64,000 nt of DNA from the human T2T-CHM13v2.0 reference genome, Homo sapiens. The first letter of the stretch is position 1. Each line of letters opens with the position of its first letter. Below the pieces are notes generated by a model. It did no database searches. It had not been told where the DNA came from and saw only the letters and a program-made list of their open reading frames with translations. The DNA lies in assembly GCF_009914755.1 (NCBI RefSeq), contig NC_060925.1. One strand, written 5' to 3'. This document shows positions 15,974 to 33,815 of this stretch, in pieces. A program made the position numbers and the translations under genes.

Positions 15974-16396
15974 TTAGGGCTGTGCCAGCACCAAAGAAAT
16001 CTGTGTATGGAGCTTTCATCTTCCAAATGTTTGTCTTGTGACGCATGCCACAAAACACTCAGATAAGCTACATAAACCTTTTTATACTGCAGTGGTAAAC
16101 AGCTCACAAGTGGTGAGGACTGTTGCTGTTGTATAATTAATGTTGTGACTGGGCGGCTTGTGTTTACTTAGTTGGTGTCTGGTCCGTACATTTTTTTCTG
16201 CCGCTGTTGTTGTGTTTGTACTAATGCTATCTCTTTGGCATAGGTATAGAAGTTCATCAAGTATCTGAGAGGCTGTGTTGAAAGGATTAAATGTTTGAGG
16301 GGGCAAAGAAAAAAAAACACTGGAGAAATAATCAGATTTTGATGTATATGTTAGCTGTGTGACTTTGAACAAGTCACTGGGTCTCTCTCTCTATCA

Positions 16397-16579
<183 letters not shown>

Positions 16580-17099
16580 TTAGCAGTTCTCCACCAAACC
16601 CCATGTGGGGGAGGCGTCGTCTGAGGAACATCATGGGTTTAGAAATCTTCATGGATCTTTGTCTGGGTGTGAGGGCTTGGGATGAGGGGAAGAGGTTGAA
16701 AAGGAAGGTCCAGACTGTTTTAACCAGAACAGGCCCCACTATAAAAAGTTAATTCAAAAAATTTTATTTTTGAATAGGTAATCCATGTAAGTGATTCAAA
16801 ATTCAAGAGGTAGAAAAGAGCACATAGCAAAAAGTCTCCTCACTAATCTGCCCCACATTAGAGTAAACCAATGTCACAATCTATTATCTATATTTTTGGA
16901 GATATTCCCCCATATTGCCCCACCTCTTTCTTTTATTAACACAAATAATAACATCATACACAGTTCTATAATGCTTCTTTTTATCTATTTATATATTGCA
17001 GTTTCATATAACATTTCACTTATTCTTCAGTATGCTCAGACATAGATATATAAAATTTGACTAGATGCTCTAGAAATCTCTTTTGTAAGGGCATTGACC

Positions 17100-17271
17100 C
17101 TTTTTTACTTTTACTCTTTTAAATGTTTTTAGAGACAGGGTCTCACTTTGTCACCCAGGCTGTAGTGCAGTGGTGTGATCATAGCTCACTGCAGCCTTGA
17201 CCTCCTGGGCTCAAGAGATCCTTCTGCTTCCAGAGTTGCTGGGATTACAGGCATGAGGCACCATGCTTGGC
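17100..17271 (-). mobile_element. Alu monomer-length element (FRAM-like or internally deleted AluJ)
   Basis: gagacagggtctcactttgtcacccagg ... ctgggattacaggcatgag. Confidence 0.85.
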
Positions 17272-17527
17272 AGCATTGACTCTTAAGCTCACATTTTTAA
17301 TCTAATATAAAATAAATGATCCATAGATTTGTAGCTATGCAGAGACAAAAACCATTTGTCTTGGTGTCAGACCTCCGAGAGACAGGAAGAGAGTGAGCCC
17401 TAGGAGAAGGCCTCTTTCAATATTTTCAGCTACAAGGCTTGTTTGACTGCTGTTAACCATAATCCGTAATCATGATCCACAGTAAGCAAAGCATGGGGGA
17501 GCACAACAGCACAGAAGCTGCTCCATA

Positions 17528-17675
17528 GGCTGAGAACAATGGCTCACACCTGTAATTCCAGTACTTGGAAGACTGAGGCAAGAGGTTCGCTTGGCCTAGG
17601 AGTTTGAGGCCAGCCTGGGCAACATAGCAAGACCTCATCTTTATTTTAAAATAAATAAATAAATAAATAAATAAG
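17528..17675 (+). mobile_element. FLAM with (TAAA)n tail
   Basis: Single Alu arm then aaataaataaataaat. Confidence 0.85.
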
Positions 17676-17887
17676 AAAGAAACTGCTCAGGCACAGTGCT
17701 GGATGTATCCACAGCTGTAAACGAATTTGAAGGTTTGGGAAGGATAGAGTAAGAAGGTGAGGAGCAATCACTTTAGAAATCTTGTTACATTTTAAGTTAA
17801 GTAGAGATAGACTGCTTCTTCCACAGATTTCTCTATTGGATTTTTTCTTTCTTTCTTTCTTTAAACAGGATCAAATTTCCCTTAGAA

Positions 17888-18060
17888 CAGCGACTCTCAA
17901 CCCTAATTGCACGTTTGAATCATCTGGGAGCTTTCAGAAACTCCCACAGTCAGAGCCCCATCTGTAGGATTCTGATTTAATTTGTTTGGGGGGGTGAGGC
18001 TTAGCACCTGGCATTTTTGGAAAGCTCCGTAGATGATTCTAGATGCAGCCAGGTGACAAC
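17888..18060. mobile_element. MER5A-like hAT-Charlie element
   Basis: cagcgactctcaaccctaattgcacgtttgaatcatctgggagc ... gatgattctagatgcagcc. Confidence 0.65.
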
Positions 18061-19689
18061 AGAGCTGTAGCTTCCGAGTGACTGGCTAGTGATGCAGCTC
18101 CTTTCTGCTCTACTGGGTGGTTGTCTCCAGGCAAATGGCCCAGATTCCTTCTCTGCTTCCTTCCTTTAACCTTCCCTTTCTGCCTTCTTTTTATTGCATG
18201 ATCACTATCTGTCTTGGATTGTTGCTTGTTTTGATGTTTATCAGTCTCTGGAGCATACAGATCCCCCTCAGGTAGTCTGAGCTGGAAACTGTCAACTCCT
18301 ACCCTTTGCAGTTTCTCTCAGATTCAGCTACTAAACATGTCACCTGAGGGCTGTGGTTCATAAGTTCTAGGTCGGAGGTTCTTAGACTAGCAGCATCAGC
18401 ACCACCTCAGAAGTTCTTAGAAAATCAAATTCTCAGCCCATCTCAGGTCTAATTTAGCTCACTAAATTAGAAACTTTGTGGGTGGGACTAAGGGTATTTT
18501 ATTGGTAGCCTTGAACCACAAGCTTGTAGCATTTGGAATTAGTTGTGCTGTCATGGGTGCTCTATCTTGAGGCTTTGGTATGCATGTTGGGCACCCAGAG
18601 GCTGAACAAGTTGCAATCTTCCTTCAGTGCCCCCACCATTTCCATCTTACCTTGGTGCTAGAGATAAACTGGGCTTCTTTCCTGATTTCTCTCCTTTGCA
18701 CCTGAGCACTCCACGATGCTAGGTCCTTCCCAAACTCAGTCCATGCACCCCTACCCCCACCATCCTCATCCCCTGTAACTCCTGATCCTAGGAGAGACCT
18801 CTCCAGTTCCCCCAAGCGAGAAACAGATTTTCCCAAGGGGAGTGCCTGGAAGACTTTATGTTTATACTTAGTAACTTCATTTGCCAGACTGCCCAGCAGG
18901 ACTAAGCCTCTTCCTCCTTTGTGGCTTTGCTGATGACTCTGCTCTGAAGCCTGATGATTTAACTAATTGGTGCTAAATTTTCCTGTACAGAGACATGATT
19001 TTATCAGCTGTAATTATCAAGCAATGGGACCTGATTTGGTTTTAAGCAGTCCTAGAACTTAAGCACCTCAGTGAATGTTGTCCTTCAAAGTAGTTATCAG
19101 GGGAAGCCACCCACTTATTCTAACAAGGCTGTCATTGTTGAAAATCTGACTGAAAACACTCTCCTGGGTCTGATGCAATCCAGAGTCTGATGTTTGTGCT
19201 CCTGCCTGATCGGGTTGCATCTTCCACCACCATCTCCCACGTGCCCATTGCTTTAACCACACAGCAGTTTCCTATTTCCTGAACTTACCCTGCACTTTCA
19301 CATCTCCATGACTTTGTTATTCTTATTCAGCTTGGATTGCTCTTTTTATGCCTTTCTTTCCTTATTAAAATTCTGTTTTTCCTCCAACGGCCAACTAAGA
19401 TGCTACTTTTCCTATGATGCTTTTCCTTATTCTTCAAATCAAAAAGATGGCTTGCTTTCTTCTCACATGTCATAGTATTTCACTTTTGCTGGTAATGAAG
19501 CATGTTTGCTTGAGTAAGTATTCCCTTCTAATGTACGCTTCTTGACAGCAGGGACCATGGAAACCATCCATTCCTCTTTCAGTGTCCAACACAGTAAGAG
19601 GTTGACAGCTGTCTATGAAGAGCCTCCATAAGGAACCAAGTGAGGAAATCAATTTATTTAGTTTATGTGTTTATTGAGTTTACCTATTT

Positions 19690-20336
<647 letters not shown>

Positions 20337-20487
20337 TAGTTTATTATTTAAAAATGGTATTATACCGTGTCTGATCACTACTTTAATCACTGTAATTAGG
20401 AACAAAGGACTTTAAGCTATTTCACACAATCATTCATCTTAAAGGATAAAGATTCAATGAATTTTAGGAATAAAGAAAAAATGTGTC

Positions 20488-20622
20488 AGGCGTGATGGCT
20501 CACACCTGTAATCCCAGCACTTCGGCAAGCTGAGGTGGGAGGTTTGCTTGAGCCATGGGGGGGTGGAGGTTGCAGTGAGCTGAGATCATACCACTTCACT
20601 CCAGCCTGGAAGACACTGTCTC

Positions 20623-20650
<28 letters not shown>
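20488..20650 (+). mobile_element. Internally deleted Alu with long poly(A)
   Basis: Left-arm start joined directly to right-arm end (cttgagccatggggggg-tggaggttgcagtgagc), ~28 A tail. Confidence 0.85.
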
Positions 20651-20653
<3 letters not shown>

Positions 20654-21461
20654 AAAGAAACGATATATCCCTAAGCACTAGCAGCTGGGACTAAGTATAT
20701 AACCTCCCAGTAAAATACTTTGAAGGGGGACAGTGTGCCTTTTCTTTGTTAAAGGCCCTTCCTGTTGCTAGAAGCATATCCTCTGTGATATTAATGTATT
20801 TTCAAAAGGGCTTTGAGCTCCTGCAGCAGAAAAAAGTGCTACAAAGTCTAGCAGCATCTCAGAAAATTGGGACAGATGGCCTCAGGTTTCTCTACGTCAG
20901 TGCATCTCTGTGGTTTCAATTTTTTGACCACCAAAAGGAGGAATTGGATTTGATGAACCCAGTGGTTGCAGTGGCTCTGGGAAAGCAATGTGGTTGAAAT
21001 TTTATGCTTCAGTTGGAAGGGAGCACCCAATGCCATGCTCAGGACTTTTCATTGTGGTATTTGGTCTTCTTTTCTTTTTTTGCTGTGGGTCTTATTTTAC
21101 TAATGCTGCATGAGAACATTTCATTGCCCTATTTATCTTCCCAGAATCTAACCTGGTCTTGAGTCATATTTGGTGTGCTCTGATTTCCAGGCGAGTCCAC
21201 GCACCACAGACTTGCCTTTCTGCGGTGGTGAAGAATCCCCCTGATGACTGTGGTACCCCACATTGTAACCTTCTAACTCCTCCCCCATCTATGACTCACT
21301 ATTTCCTGCCTTAGTGCCCTCCCCCTATTTTCCCTATAATGTAACAATTTTCCCTAAATTGTCCCCTCTTTATTGGAAAGTTTCTTTCTCTTTCCATTGG
21401 TTCCAGGATTGTTTCAAAATCAGCTTCTTCCAGGAATACTTCTCTGATAAATTCTCGCCTA

Positions 21462-21800
<339 letters not shown>

Positions 21801-21954
21801 TTAAGCCTAGAAGTTTCATTATAGAATTTCTTTTGTTGTAACAGTTGTGAAGCTATTTTGTCTTATCAGACATATTATCAGGTAAAGAGATGAATTAAGA
21901 TCTAATTCCTTGTGTCACATGAGCACCTCCCTTGCCCAACACCTTTTAGGCTGA

Positions 21955-22284
<330 letters not shown>

Positions 22285-23499
22285 TGGAGTTCAGGATTAT
22301 TGAGAGGGAGGGACGAGAAGTTGCCTTTGTTGAAAAAAAGAGTTTACCTTGTGGAGGATTAGCTTCCCTGATGTAGGAAGGGTGTCTGGTAATAGAACAT
22401 TCTGAGGGTGTCATGGACCTGTGTCACATCCCTCACAGCACCTCAGGAGTTAAGAGGACCACTAAGGAGGACATATAGAAGCTAGAGTGGTACACGCTAA
22501 GAGTAGTGGCCTTGGGACCCACAGCAGAGAATCTCAGCCTAAGCTTGGTTCAGAGGGAATGGAGCAGATTTAATTTTATTTAGAGACAGAAAAAATCACA
22601 AGAAACCACCACAACAAACCAGTAAGATATTTCTTATACCTTATATTTATACCTTAGTGCAATAAATCACACATGCTACACGTAAATTCCTCGAGGATGG
22701 CAACCATGCCTTTTCATCTCACCTGGCCGACAGCCATCTGTTTATTACCTGAAGGACTGACTCACTGGCTTGTGAATTTATGGGAAACAACACATCAGTA
22801 TCTGTGTGTCAATCAGCATCAGAGCAGACTGGTGATTAGAAGATAAATAGAAAAAAAGGAGAGTGCACTTTGCTAATTGTGGTTTTTTTCAACCCATCAC
22901 ATCAAACTTCAAACTGCAGTGGAAGTTTTACAATAGTTGATAACTTCTAAATTAATAAGCTCTTCTAAATTAATAAACTGCTTCAGCTGTCCTGTAAATC
23001 AGGCATTCACCAACAAACATTTATTGAGCATTAAGTTTCAGAGATTCGTCTAGGTTTTCTCACGGAGCTTTCATTCTACCAGGGGAAGAGATACCAAAAG
23101 CAAAAAGAAAACAAAACATGCAAACAAAAAATTTAAAAAAAAACCCTTTTCCTAAAGATAGCAAATAAGTTAATTACATGGTATGTGATAAAATACCACA
23201 CAGGGCAGGTGTGGCGATTGGGAATACTGCAGAGGCGAAGTGGGGTGGTTTGTTAAACATCATTGATAGATGTGCAGGAACTGTGGGGGTTAGCCCTGTG
23301 GAGTTCCAAGGGAAGAACATCCCAGAATGAAGAAAAATCCAGTGCAAAGACTGGTGATTAGAGCATGTTTGGTATGTTCCAGAAACATCCAGGAGGCCAG
23401 TGTGGTTGGTACAGAGTGAGTGAGAGTGCAAAGATGAGACAGGTGGTAGGAAGGACCAGGTCATGGCAGGTCTTGTAGGCTGTGGTAAGAACTTTGAAT

Positions 23500-24369
<870 letters not shown>

Positions 24370-26777
24370 TGTTTCTGGATATATTTTAATGGCAGAGTTT
24401 ATAGGATTTCCTGTCAGATCAGGTGTGGGATGTGTGAGAGAGGAATCAGAATGAATCCAGTTTTACAGTCTGAGTACTGGAAGGATGGAATTGTTTCTCC
24501 CTGATCTGGGGAAGACTGTGGAGAGAGCCGGTTTGCTGCAAGTTGGTAGGCGGGTGGTGGTTGTTGGAATTTCAGGGGTTCAGACATGGACATACAATGT
24601 TATTAATGTTTTGTTCACAGATCTAGCTAATAGTTCTGTGAATACTTGTCCTATATTCATGTAAACAGTGAAAATCCATGCAGTCTTAAGTACTCACCAC
24701 ATTCTGAGCCCTTTAGGCAGCCCCTGAGACTCCCCTTCACCTATGTTGCTATAGACAGACTAGACTGGGGTTGGTCGCTGGGTACCCAGGCATCAGGGGC
24801 CTGTGATGACCATCTGTGAGGTCCCAGTTTCAAAGATGCTGTCCAGTTGGAGCAGCCCTCATTGGGTACTTCTTAACCCATTCATGTTGTCTCCTGGGAG
24901 GAAATTTGATGCTAGGAAGAAGGTAGAGGCAGATGGATCAGGAGCCGCAGAGGAAATGCAGCAGAGGGGGAGAGAAAAACCTTGTTCCTGAAAATGGTGG
25001 AGTAACCAGAGCTGCCTGCTTCTGAGGTAAAGATGCTATGAGGTTGCCAGGACTGCTTTTGAATTCCTAACCAGTGAGGAACCTTCTTTATTTTTTTTCT
25101 GGGCTCCTCATGGGGTCTTGTTCTGCTGTGTTGAGATACCTTCTTGCCTTCCTTTGTATGTCTACCACGTTCACATCCATCACTGCAAGTAACATAAGAC
25201 ATAGGTTATTTACAACAGGAAACTACCTAAATGATACATCATGATACATTAACCTAGTATATGTTAAGATGACATGGGAAATTAAACAGAGATGACAGAG
25301 TTCAAGCTTTGCTTTCCAAAGAGAACAAGTATGAATCATAAATATAAGGATTATAAAAAGATACATTTAATTGTTTGTTAGGACATTCAGTCCCAAATAT
25401 TTATCCAATACCATATGTGAGGCCCCAACTCATGCATCTTGATGTGTCTTGGTATTTCCATGACTCTAAATTAGATTCTTTTTTCTGTTTCCTAGATTTC
25501 ACATTTCTATATCTTTCCACATCTCTTCCCTGACCCCTATTTCCCCTGTTTCTTCCTGGCTTCCTCACCTGGTTAACTTTTTTTTTTTTCCTGGCCTTGA
25601 CTACTTTTCTCACCATCAGCTCTAGCTCTGCCATGGTGTTAGTTCTCATTAGGATTTAACTAGAAGTCGGTGCCTACATAACTCCTCAAAATGGATTGAA
25701 CAATAGATATCTGTGAAATGAACAAAATAACTTATCTTTTCCCATGTACTTTCTTGGTAGGGATGAATTTAGTCATGACAGAGATAAAGCAAAACACATC
25801 TACAAAGGCTAAGCCTGAATGATCATACTTACTGTTCAGAAACCTCTAGTGACTCTATGTCAGAACTTGGATGGTCTGTGATAGAAAAGTCAGTTGTGTG
25901 TCTTTCTACACACAGAAATTATAGTTTTCTTCAGGGCAGAGACAATCTTATTTATCTTTGTATCTGTATTCCCACTGTGCCTTGCATGCAGTAGGCACAT
26001 AATAAATGATCCTAGGGAATAATCTGAAAGGAGTGGGATGAGTTGCTCATATCAAGTATTACATAGTTTAAAGTTGTAGGTTTGAAAGTCAGTTTCAGCC
26101 CATGAGTAGTAGCTTCCAAAAAAGAAAACATCCTCTTATGAAGTTTAGGCAGCGGATGATACTCACTGAGGAAACCATGATTAAGTCTCAGGAAACAGAA
26201 ATGCAAGATAAGACACAATCTGCTTAATGAATCCGGATGGGTGGGCCTGATATTAAAGGCTTCTGATGTCACGACCAACCTTAATCATAAACTACACTTT
26301 TGAATAACATCCTTCTACTTCTCCATCTTTATCCACTTAAAAATATTTTACCTTGATGTCCTCTTTCTCACACAAACTCTTGGACCTTGTGATATTTTAT
26401 CAGTCTGTAGAAGAATCCATTCCTCAGATTTCCCAAAACTGGGTGAAAGATGTCCTCGTGGAGTCAAAAGAGACTTACATGATTCCGAATGGGATTCTAG
26501 TCTCAAATGGCAAATTTCTACCAACCATATTTTAAAAGGGCATGGATGAAAATAATTCAGTAAGCCTATAAATAGAAAATAAAATTAAGAAAATAAGTCA
26601 AATTGTTGCATACTTCCAAAACCAGCCTCCCTTCCCAGCGAGAAACCAGATTTGCTTGGTGTCATAAACTGCTTCCTGCTCTTCAGGGAGCTGCCATTTC
26701 CTTGGCTGTATCTACCCGCAAGTGTCAATTCCTGATAACTTTGCTAGAGTGTGATAATACAAAGCAGGGCTCTTTGA

Positions 26778-27087
<310 letters not shown>

Positions 27088-28049
27088 TCTAGGTATTTTT
27101 TGAACAAGGATGAAAAAGAATTAACAGGGTAGATGATTGGGGTGGGAGGGGAATCTTGAGTTAGCTGTGAGTGACCACTCTTCCTTATTTCTTCATATGC
27201 CTAGAGAAGGAGATCATTCATTCATTCAACAAACATTTACTGAGCTCTCCCTATTGCCAGAGACTGTCCAAGGTACTGAGGTTACATCAGTGAACAAAAG
27301 AGAAAGAAAATATAAATCCTTGCTTTTATGGAACTTATATTGTAGTGGGGGAAACTCCTCTTGTCATCTATTTCTTTCTCCCTCGTGATCAAAAGATAAG
27401 CTTGTCAGACAAACTGAAGAAAAGAAGAGAAGATTTATTTCTGTCTTTGCCTCTGCTTTTGCCGTCTTTCCTCTTGCCTCAGAAGTCCCAAGACTCCATG
27501 ATTTTCATAGGGACTCCTGTAAATAAAGAAAGCTGAGAAAATAAATTCCCACTATTTGCAGTTTCATAGAAGGATGCCTAGAAGAGGCAGTACTAGCTCT
27601 TTCAGAGGGATAAACCTAAGTCATTATTTCTTGCCAGAACCAGACTCCTGTTTCCCACTTCTGCAGAAGACATTGTTTCATTGTTCCATCAGGCAGCTAG
27701 GTGTAAAATCCGGGGCTCATTGTTGATTTCTTTCTCTTTTCAACTTCAAATTAAATCACTGGTCAAGATCTGTGGATACTGTATCCAATGTCATTCTCTT
27801 CTCCCATTCCTTCCACCAAACAGTCTAATTTCTCACTTACACTATTGTGATAGTCACCTAACTCCTTTCTCTCTTTTCTCAAATTCAGCCTCCATAACAT
27901 TGGATTTACCATCAAGGACCAGCTTTGATCATGTCACCTCCTTGCCTTTCAATAAGCTTCATTGGCTCCCCACTTTAAATATATTCTGATGTTCTTTCAG
28001 CTCTGCCCTAAAACATCCTTAACATTTTATCTACAACGTTTAGGTTTTT

Positions 28050-28523
<474 letters not shown>

Positions 28524-29164
28524 TAAGATGAAGTCCAAACTTCACTTCCTTCCTGAAGTCTTTTCTGACCCCTTACTGAACTGCGTTTCTCCTTTAGCAC
28601 TCAGTTTATCTTGCAAGGTGGTTAATGCTTGCAGTCTTTTGTTTCTCCTCTCCCCTACTAACAATCAGGTCATTGAGGCAGGTCGCTGACTTCTTCTTTG
28701 TGTTCCTCTTATGGCTTTACATATGGCAGGTGCTTTGCAAGTATTTGTTGAATTATGGAATCATGGGGATTGGAAGCACATGTGTGGGTCAGTGAGTGGG
28801 GGATGTGTGTTTTTTGTTTGGAGCCAGGTGGGCTATAGGGATGTGTATTTTTTGTCAGGAGTGCTTTAGAGGTCATTTTTTTGGGGCTTGGGGTCAGCCA
28901 CATTTGATATGTTTCCATTGTAAAATGAGACAGAGAAGCCTAGGCCCATGAAGATGAGAGTGCTGTCTTTGGCTGTAACCCTGATTTATGAGAGGAGCTG
29001 ACAAATAACTAGTGCTGAATAACGTTGCTTAACATTTCCCCCTGGAGTTGGCCAAAAGAGTAGTGGAGAGAGAGACAATTCCTGTTTATTGAGTGTCTAG
29101 AATGTGCAGTGCAGGCGTTGATTTTGCTTGGTTCTTTTGTTTTGCTTTTGTGTGTGTGTTGGGG

Positions 29165-29737
<573 letters not shown>

Positions 29738-31268
29738 CTGCTTGGTTCTTAATGTACAGTAAAAATGATAGCGAACACTTTGGGAGTGCTTAATATGTGT
29801 CAGGCACTGCTCTCAGCACTTTCCCTTTGTTAACTCATGTCATTCTTATAACAGCACCATAAGCAGATGTTATTATTATGAGGAATTGAGATGAAGAGAG
29901 GGCAAGTAACTTGACCAAACTGACAGAGCTGGTAAGAAGACATTCTGAACACAGGGAATCTGGTGCCAAAGAGCAGCTCTTAAACCTACTGCTATGCTAA
30001 ATGTCATTCAATCTTTGCAGCCCCCCATAAGGTACAGGATATAACCTTTACTACAAAGATTAAAAAAACTGAGTCTCCCAAAGGTTAAACAGCTTCCCCA
30101 TAGATATACATGCAATAAATGAGCCACCTGGAATGTCAGCTGAGTTTCTATCCAGTGCTACAGGAGCACACATGAGATTCTATTTTTTTCCCCAGTGCAG
30201 TCTGTAACAAATCATTATCTTCTTTTAAGAAGAGTCATGAAGACTGGAAGAATTATCCCAGGCTGAGGCCTTGCAAACAACTCTCTAGTGCTAGGTCAAA
30301 AGCTTCATCCAAGTGAAACCTTTGTGCCCTCTTCTTTTATGCTGATTATAGTGATGATGATTCAGGCTCAAAAGATTTCCTGGAAATGAGTGTCCAGTTT
30401 TGAGTTAATGGCATGACATGCCCAATTGGGTCAGTGAGTGGACTTGCCGGCTGTGAATTCCCGGGAAATACACTGAGAGTTGATCACAGTTGGTGAGATA
30501 AGGATGTTCCTTTTCTCAGGTTTTTATGCACATTCTCAGAGGACTTTAGAAAGTCAATTCAATTCATTTATGAAACTGGGAAATGCTCTATAACTTCTGC
30601 CCCATTATGTGGTTATCTTTTGATAATGCATCCCAGATGAGATTACATGCCTACGTGTAGTACTTCTGTGCAGTCTGAATCTCTACAGGCAGTACAGCCA
30701 ATGGCTGTATCATCTATGTGCACAACTGTCCATTACTCACCATATAATTCATGAAATGACCTCTTTCATTCATTTAGTATCTTGAGAATTATTTTAAAAC
30801 ATAGATTCTCCTCTGTCTGTAAGGTTTAAGCATGGCCCTGCTTAAACATGGTAGACGAACCAGGTGCCCTGTTAGCCACCTTCTGATTCCCAGAGTTCTA
30901 TAAAAGCCTGGAGGCAAAGAAAATGAACCTAATTCTAAACTGTCTTTGACAGTAAGAGCTAAAATAGAATAACTATCCAGTTCAGTATCTGTTCCTAGGT
31001 CTACTTTGACCAAGAAATGTGTCTTTTATTTTTTTGCTTTTAATATTGTTTTTAATTGACACATAATAATTGTACATATGTATGGAGTATAGTGTTATTT
31101 TAATACATGTATATAATGTATAATGATAAAATTAGGGTATTTGGCATATCCATCACCTCATCTATCAAGCAAATGTGTCTTTGAGAGCCAGATGGGACAA
31201 CAAATAATGATTGCGGTGGAATACAGCATTTTAAAGGTATACTTATGTTGCTGTTTTGGAGATGCTAT

Positions 31269-31752
31269 TGAGGGAGGAGGTGAGACTGAACTCCAGAGGT
31301 GGGAACTCAGACTCTGGACCAGATTGAAGACTAGCTAAAATAAGGCCAGGGCAGAAGCAGCTTTCCATAAGATATGCCCACCAGCCTGTCATGTCAGCTT
31401 ACTATTGCCATGGCAACACCCGAAAGTTATGACCCCTTTCCATGGCAATGACCCAATGACCTGGAAGTTACCCTTTTTCTAGAAATTTCTGCATAATCCA
31501 CCCCTTCATTTGCATGTAATTAAAAGTGGGTATAAATGTGACTGCAGAACTGCCCTGAGTTGCTGCTCTGGGCACATTGCCTTTGGGGTAGCCCTGCTCC
31601 ACAAGGAGCAGTGCCTCGGCTGCTGCTGTGTACACTGCTGCTTCAATAAAAGTTGCTAACACCTCTGTCTTGCCCTTGAATTCTTTCCTGGGCAAAGCCA
31701 AGAATCCACCTGGGCTGAGCCCTAGTTTTTGGAGCTCGCCTATCCTGCATCA
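31269..31752 (+). mobile_element. ERV1 solo LTR, MER66/MER41-related
   Basis: TG...CA, 4-bp TSD ctat (31265-31268 / 31753-31756), TATAAA at 31531, AATAAA at 31645, gccatggcaac and ggggtagccctgctcc motifs. Confidence 0.85.
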
Positions 31753-32314
31753 CTATGAATGGAGCAAGTGCCAGTAGGGACACATTTAAAGATAGGCACA
31801 CATCTGAAATTTCAGCTGGCTAAAGATTAAAAATCTGGATTAAAAATTAATTTATGATAAAATGGAGGGCTAAGAAAAATCTATCAAGTATGAAGTATGT
31901 GGCTGGTTTCTGTGGTTGATTTTTTAGTTAACTCCCAAAGGGCAATCCTCTCCCTGAAATGAACTACTCTAGCCCACCCTTACTCCCAACTGGAGGCGAA
32001 TTGCTCTTCTCTCTTTGGAACCTTGAAAGGATTTAGCCCTATAAGGCTGGAGTTGCTGGGAAGATACTCATAGATATATTTGAAATCTCTTGTGTCACAG
32101 GCTTTGAAGATGGCTTGCTGGTGGACAAAGGTAAACAGATATTTGAGTGAGTTTTCCCAAGGTAAGCCTGCTCACTGTATTGCCTTTTTACCCATCTCAG
32201 CTCCAGCTTTTTAACCAATATGTTCTAGGATGTCAGAAAATTTGAAAATTTGCCAGTAGATTTGAGAACATTTGAAGTTATAAGAGAAGATAATTCTTTA
32301 ATTCTTTTAGTTTT

Positions 32315-32480
32315 CTTTTTTTTTTCTTTTTCTGAGATGGGGTCTTGCTCTGTTGCCCAGGCTAGAGTGAAGTGGTGCGATCATAGTTCACGGCAGTCTC
32401 AAATTCCTGGGATCAAGCAATCCCCCTGCCTCAACCTACTGAGTAGCTGGGATTATAGATGTGCATCACCACACCTGGCC
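32315..32480 (-). mobile_element. Alu right-arm monomer
   Basis: gagatggggtcttgctctgttgcccaggc ... cacacctggcc. Confidence 0.85.
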
Positions 32481-33061
32481 TCTTAGCACTTTTTGAGAAC
32501 ATGTCACCTAAATGGAAAGAACTCTGAAACTGGCAATAGGTTAAAAAAGGGTACATGGGTGAAAGGCTATGCTGTGAGATGGAGCGCCTGGTGTTTTTTA
32601 CTTAATGCACTGGTAATGTTCACTGGGATTAAGGAGATGATTTTGTGTGCCTGGTTGTGGTATGACGTTTGGAGAGAATCCCTTAGCTCCATTGTTAAAT
32701 GTGAGCTTGCCTTTAAAAATGAAATTTTGGGGATCTTTCTTTTGGAACCCCTGATTTCTCTTTCTTTATCCAAATTCCGCTCACACAAAAAGAAAGAGTC
32801 ATGGAAATTCTTCCATGGTAGGAAAGCAAGGTCACATGATATATAGTTCTGGAGATTTAGGTTAAAAAAATGAGAACTGACCCTTAATGGCATGGAAGAT
32901 GCCCTTAACAGGTTGTGCTGTCTCCAGGGAAATCGGCTGTGTGGTCTTGTGAGAGATCACCACTGGGAGCTTGGGCTTGGGTGCTCGCCGTCAGCAGCAA
33001 AGACCCCCTTTCTCCTGTGGTTCTCACCGTTTCCTCTGGAGGCCCCTGTAGCTTTGGTCAC

Positions 33062-33440
33062 TGTGTCTGTTAGGTCCTCCATAAAACAGATGGTAAGATG
33101 GAGTTAGGAGTACAAAAGGTTTAATGAGAGGAAAGGCCTGTGAAAGATAGGGAGAAGCAACAGGATAGTGCAGGGAAAGCCTCAGACTGCTATACAGATC
33201 TGACTGTCTTGGCCAACCCAATTGGGAGTTCTCAAAGGTTGCCCATTAGCATGGTCCCATAGTCCACCTGCTGTGCTGAGACTGGGAGCCTCTGAGGATG
33301 AGCATAGCCAAGACTTAAAAGCCTAGGTGAAGCCTGAAGTTTCTAACAGCTGTAAGCTGTCAGTTAGCTACACTCCTGGCAGCTGCCAGCAAGTGATTTG
33401 TTGGAGGGAGATATGGACAGCACACCCCATGGCTGCCACA
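33062..33440 (-). mobile_element. LTR16-like ERVL LTR
   Basis: aaacagatggtaagatggagttaggagtacaaaaggtttaatg...cagggaaagcctcagactgc...cagatctgac. Confidence 0.55.
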
Positions 33441-33511
33441 ACTGGCACTGTTATTGGGAGCCTCCTGCTATTCTCAGTCTCACTTTTTCATCCTTGGGCT
33501 TATCCAATGTC

Positions 33512-33815
33512 TTTTTTTTTTTTTTTTTTCCTGGAGATAGGGTCTTGCTCTGTCTCCCAAGCTGGAGTGTAGTGGCACAATCTCAGCTCACAGCAGCCTC
33601 TACCTCCCAGAATCAAGCAGTTCTCCTGCCTCAGCTTCCTGAGTAGCTGGGATTATAGGCATGCACCACCATGCCTGGCTAATTTTTGTATTTTTTAGTA
33701 GAGATGGTGTTTCGCCATGTTGGGCAGGTTGGTCTTGAACTTCTGACCTCAAGTGATCCATCTGCCTTGGCCTCTTAAAGTGCTGGGATTACAGGCATGA
33801 GCCACCATGCCCTGC
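33512..33815 (-). mobile_element. Alu (J/S)
   Basis: Full dimer. Confidence 0.9.

Noticed and set aside
22944-22976. Short tandem duplications (cttctaaattaataa x2; also cttgtccttca x2 at ~56420)
   Set aside because: Ordinary slippage duplications.
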